Positions 61,061-64,000 of a stretch of 64,000 nt of DNA are shown piece by piece (the stretch's first letter is position 1; the number at the start of each line of letters is the position of its first letter). The notes beneath the pieces were generated by a model, which did not search any database, was not told where the DNA came from, and saw only the letters and a list, made by a program, of their open reading frames with translations. Location: contig CM106585.1 of the NCBI GenBank assembly GCA_048013815.1, forward strand, positions 62,001 through 126,000. Reading direction: 5' to 3'. A program made the position numbers and the translations under genes. This DNA is from Setoptus koraiensis. Taxonomy: Eukaryota; Animalia; Arthropoda.

Positions 61061-63413
61061 ATGACCAGATTCACTGACAAGAGAACACTGTCCATCGAGG
61101 CGAAACTGAGCGAAGAGAAAGAAAATGGAAAGACTAGCGTGTGTTCTAGTGGACAACAGTACGATTTAAATGATCTTATCGGCCAATTCGGCATCTATCA
61201 GATATCTGTGATGGCATTCTACATTATTAGAGAGGCGTTAACCTCATTCGACAATGTAGTGCTCTCACTGGCATTGCCATTAGACGACACTTACCGATGT
61301 GCGATCAGCGATACTCACAAGTGAGTCACCTACTCAATCACTTTATACACGGAAATGATTATCTGGCCCTGTTCGATCAACCAATCTAATCGTTCTTTAT
61401 TGCATCATCCAATTCCGTAGCCAAAGTTACTTAGATATGCAACAGGAGACAGGATATGATCCGAGGTGCTATCATATAAATGCTGCCAATACAACTGTTG
61501 TACCTTGTACAGAATGGACATTCCAAGATAAATACAAAAACACAATGTTGGCCCAGGTGATTATATTTTCTGACCATTCCAAAATTTTGCACACTGTCCA
61601 TTGATATGATCTATTTGTTCACCTGAGAGTTGATCATCTAAACATCACTCAATATCTAGTGGAATTTGGTTTGCGATAGACGATATTTGACACCCATAAT
61701 ACACAGTTCATTCTTTGTTGGTGCAACCTTGGGATCTTTGGTCTGGGGTCCCTTGGCAGATAAATTTGGCCGATGGAAATCATATTCCATCTGCCACACT
61801 GTTTATCTTATATTTGGGGCTGCCTCAGTATTTGCACCCGATGCTTATTGGTTCATGGTGTTTCGATTTCTCGCTGGATTCCATGCCATCGGTTACTATA
61901 TTTTACCAACGTTGCGTAAGCTTTCACATTATATCGTCAACTTTTTTCTTTCTTGCTTGCTACTCCCAAAAGCATTCCTAAAAACAGCTCTTGTCTGTTC
62001 TGTACTTGTTCATTGATCTCTCTGTCTCTTTTCGCATTTTTCCTTGTTTTGCATCATCGCTAGAGGTAGAAATAATTGGAACAAAATACAGGTCATTTTG
62101 TATCTTGAATCATCTCGGATGGGTAAGTAATCATATGGAAGATTGGTTGTCGAAGCATCAATTCTATTCGTACTCCCGCAAAACACGACTGGAATCAATT
62201 GTGCATTGATGATTGATTTTAAATAATTTCTCTCCAGGGCATTGGAATGTTTCTTGCGCCATTGGTAGGTCATTTTGCTCATCAATGGAGATATCTTATT
62301 GCTGTTATACCTGTTACAAATGCGCTAATGTAAGTCTAAAACATCATCAGTTATCAACAAATGATAGCCACAGTATCCAATCCAAGTACTTTTGGTGGAT
62401 TTACTCATTATATGTTTGTTTCATATAATCGTATTCGATTAGGATGCCATGGATGTTTATCTTGCCAGAATCTATCAGATGGCTGATACTGAACAACGAG
62501 ATGGACAAGGCTAGAAAAGAGATCAAAAGAGCCTCCAAATTCAATAGGTTGAGTCATGTGGATTTTGACCAGAAGATTGACAAGTTTTTGGTCAAGAAAA
62601 AGCTCGATGTAAGCCTTTTATTTCATCTTAAGCTAGATATCGAGACAAGACTACCTACTTACAAAATTTTTTATTCGTTCTCTCTCGATCGATAAAATGT
62701 AGCAAATGGATTGTTCAGAATCTCGTGGCTCCGTCACTAAGCTGTTCACCAATAGTGCTCTGCTAAAAGCCATGATCATACTAAGCTCTGTGTACTTCAT
62801 GTTGATGTATATCTTTTACGCCAGGACATTACATTTTGCACCCGACGAAGCATCCATGTTTGCTAATTTCTTAATTACGGGGACGGGTGAATGGATAAGT
62901 TTATTCATATCTACAATAAGCGTTTTGTACATATCGAGAAAGGGCTGTTTGGCAATATCCCTAACAATCACTTCTGCTTCTCTAATTGTCGAGGCAATTG
63001 CCCACAGTACAATGGATTCTGTTTGGCCAATATTGGATTACACAACAGAGGCATCGATCAAAGTGTTTGTAATGTGTGCAACATTGATAACAATTTTAGT
63101 GAATTTAGAAACACTTCCGACTGAATTAAGACAAAGTGGTACAACTGTCGTTTGTATTATGGGTTGTATAGGCACGGCAATCGCTCCATTTTATATTAGA
63201 CTCAATGAGATACTAGGACACATATCACACACTCTTCTATTGGCTCTAATAACAATATTGCTGGCAATATCTATCCAATATTTTCTCAGAGAGACAGGAA
63301 AAAGTGAAATTATTGACGCTGTGGCAACTAAAGCTCATCCTGACAATAAACCCACCAAGCTGAGCTCCGTTATTAGTAACAAAGACGACCACAATGAAAC
63401 TGTTCAAGATTGA
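61061..63413 (+). CDS. SLC22-like copy 3; exons 61061-61320, 61421-61556, 61660-61915, 62064-62122, 62238-62329, 62443-62608, 62703-63413 (about 559 aa)
   Basis: YDLNDLIGQFGIYQ, PCTEWTF, WNLVCDR, ADKFGRW, LPESIRW and ETLPTELRQ. All junctions are GT-AG and in frame. Confidence 0.88.
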
Positions 63414-63642
63414 TCATCAATTAATGCCAATGCACAAGAACGATGTACCATCATGAGTGATCATCTACCCGCGTATATACCAGAAGACTGACACAACACG
63501 CATGATAGTGTATGCCTTATGATCATCTCGAAGTTCTAAAAATATTGATTCGATATTAACAGTTGAGTTTCTCCTTGGAACATTCACCTTAGGTTATAAG
63601 GTAATGAGTTGGATCTTGCAAATTAATAAATAGATATGATTG

Positions 63643-64000
63643 TCAAACAAGGCCTAGAGACTTCCTTACAAGTCTATCGGCGATACTATTGAACTTTTCC
63701 CTATCCTGTCTCCACATTTTCGCGGCATCAACATTTGCTCCGCTCTCGTCATTTGGTTCGGCCAGCATGGAAACAACTGACAATAGTACTTTTTCAACAC
63801 TCTGTACAGGTGACCATCTTTCCGAGCTGGACTCGTAGCCCATAGGGTCAACTCCTGGTGCGTGTAAGATTGATATGCAAACTCGCCCGTCACTATAAAT
63901 ATTTGGATGAAACATTTCGCTTATGAAACGCATTTTAGGTGGACTAAGAGGATAGTCTGAGGGGAATGTGAGTTTAGCGCAAAAGACTCCGCCTTCAAAG
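63643..64000 (-). CDS. UBE2G2: Ubiquitin-conjugating enzyme E2 G2 (Ubc7), 3' part; runs off the right edge
   Basis: [25 protein letters not shown]...[24 protein letters not shown], with the Ubc7-type acidic loop. Confidence 0.95.
   Translation of the reverse strand, partial: FEGGVFCAKLTFPSDYPLSPPKMRFISEMFHPNIYSDGRVCISILHAPGVDPMGYESSSERWSPVQSVEKVLLSVVSMLAEPNDESGANVDAAKMWRQDREKFNSIADRLVRKSLGLV

Noticed and set aside
954-63893. Antisense and shadow ORFs overlapping the called genes
   Set aside because: They are explained as alternative frames of well-supported CDSs.

Overview
Gene-dense, AT-rich, intron-poor animal sequence. Gene content and compaction suggest a small-genome arthropod, probably a mite and possibly an eriophyoid (inference only). 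Recognisable genes in order: atypical papain-family cathepsin, NRF1/erect wing, glucose-6-phosphatase, HSD17B12-like ketoacyl reductase, SLC25A20 carrier, short THOC5-like protein, NCKX (SLC24) exchanger, degenerate ROGDI-like locus, TRAPPC9 core, PIG-P, Pcc1/LAGE3, MRPL10, carboxypeptidase E-like, SF3A2, endosulfine, PRA1/RABAC1, three tandem SLC22 transporters and UBE2G2 (partial). Highlights: (1) four co-oriented secreted orphan genes at 24.5-29.2 kb, including a diverged paralog pair sharing a 4-Cys/LMxxNDRL signature; (2) conserved complex subunits that appear cut to minimal cores (THOC5, TRAPPC9, SF3A2, ENSA); (3) a TA-flanked fold-back MITE whose inner arms recur at two other intergenic sites; (4) two GC-elevated islands with nested helices, one resembling RNase P/MRP RNA. 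A 500-N gap plus about 12.3 kb of A/C-biased sequence (47.6-60.4 kb) looks like a sequencing or assembly artefact, and its ORFs are rejected. All exon models and alignments were made by eye; no searches were run.
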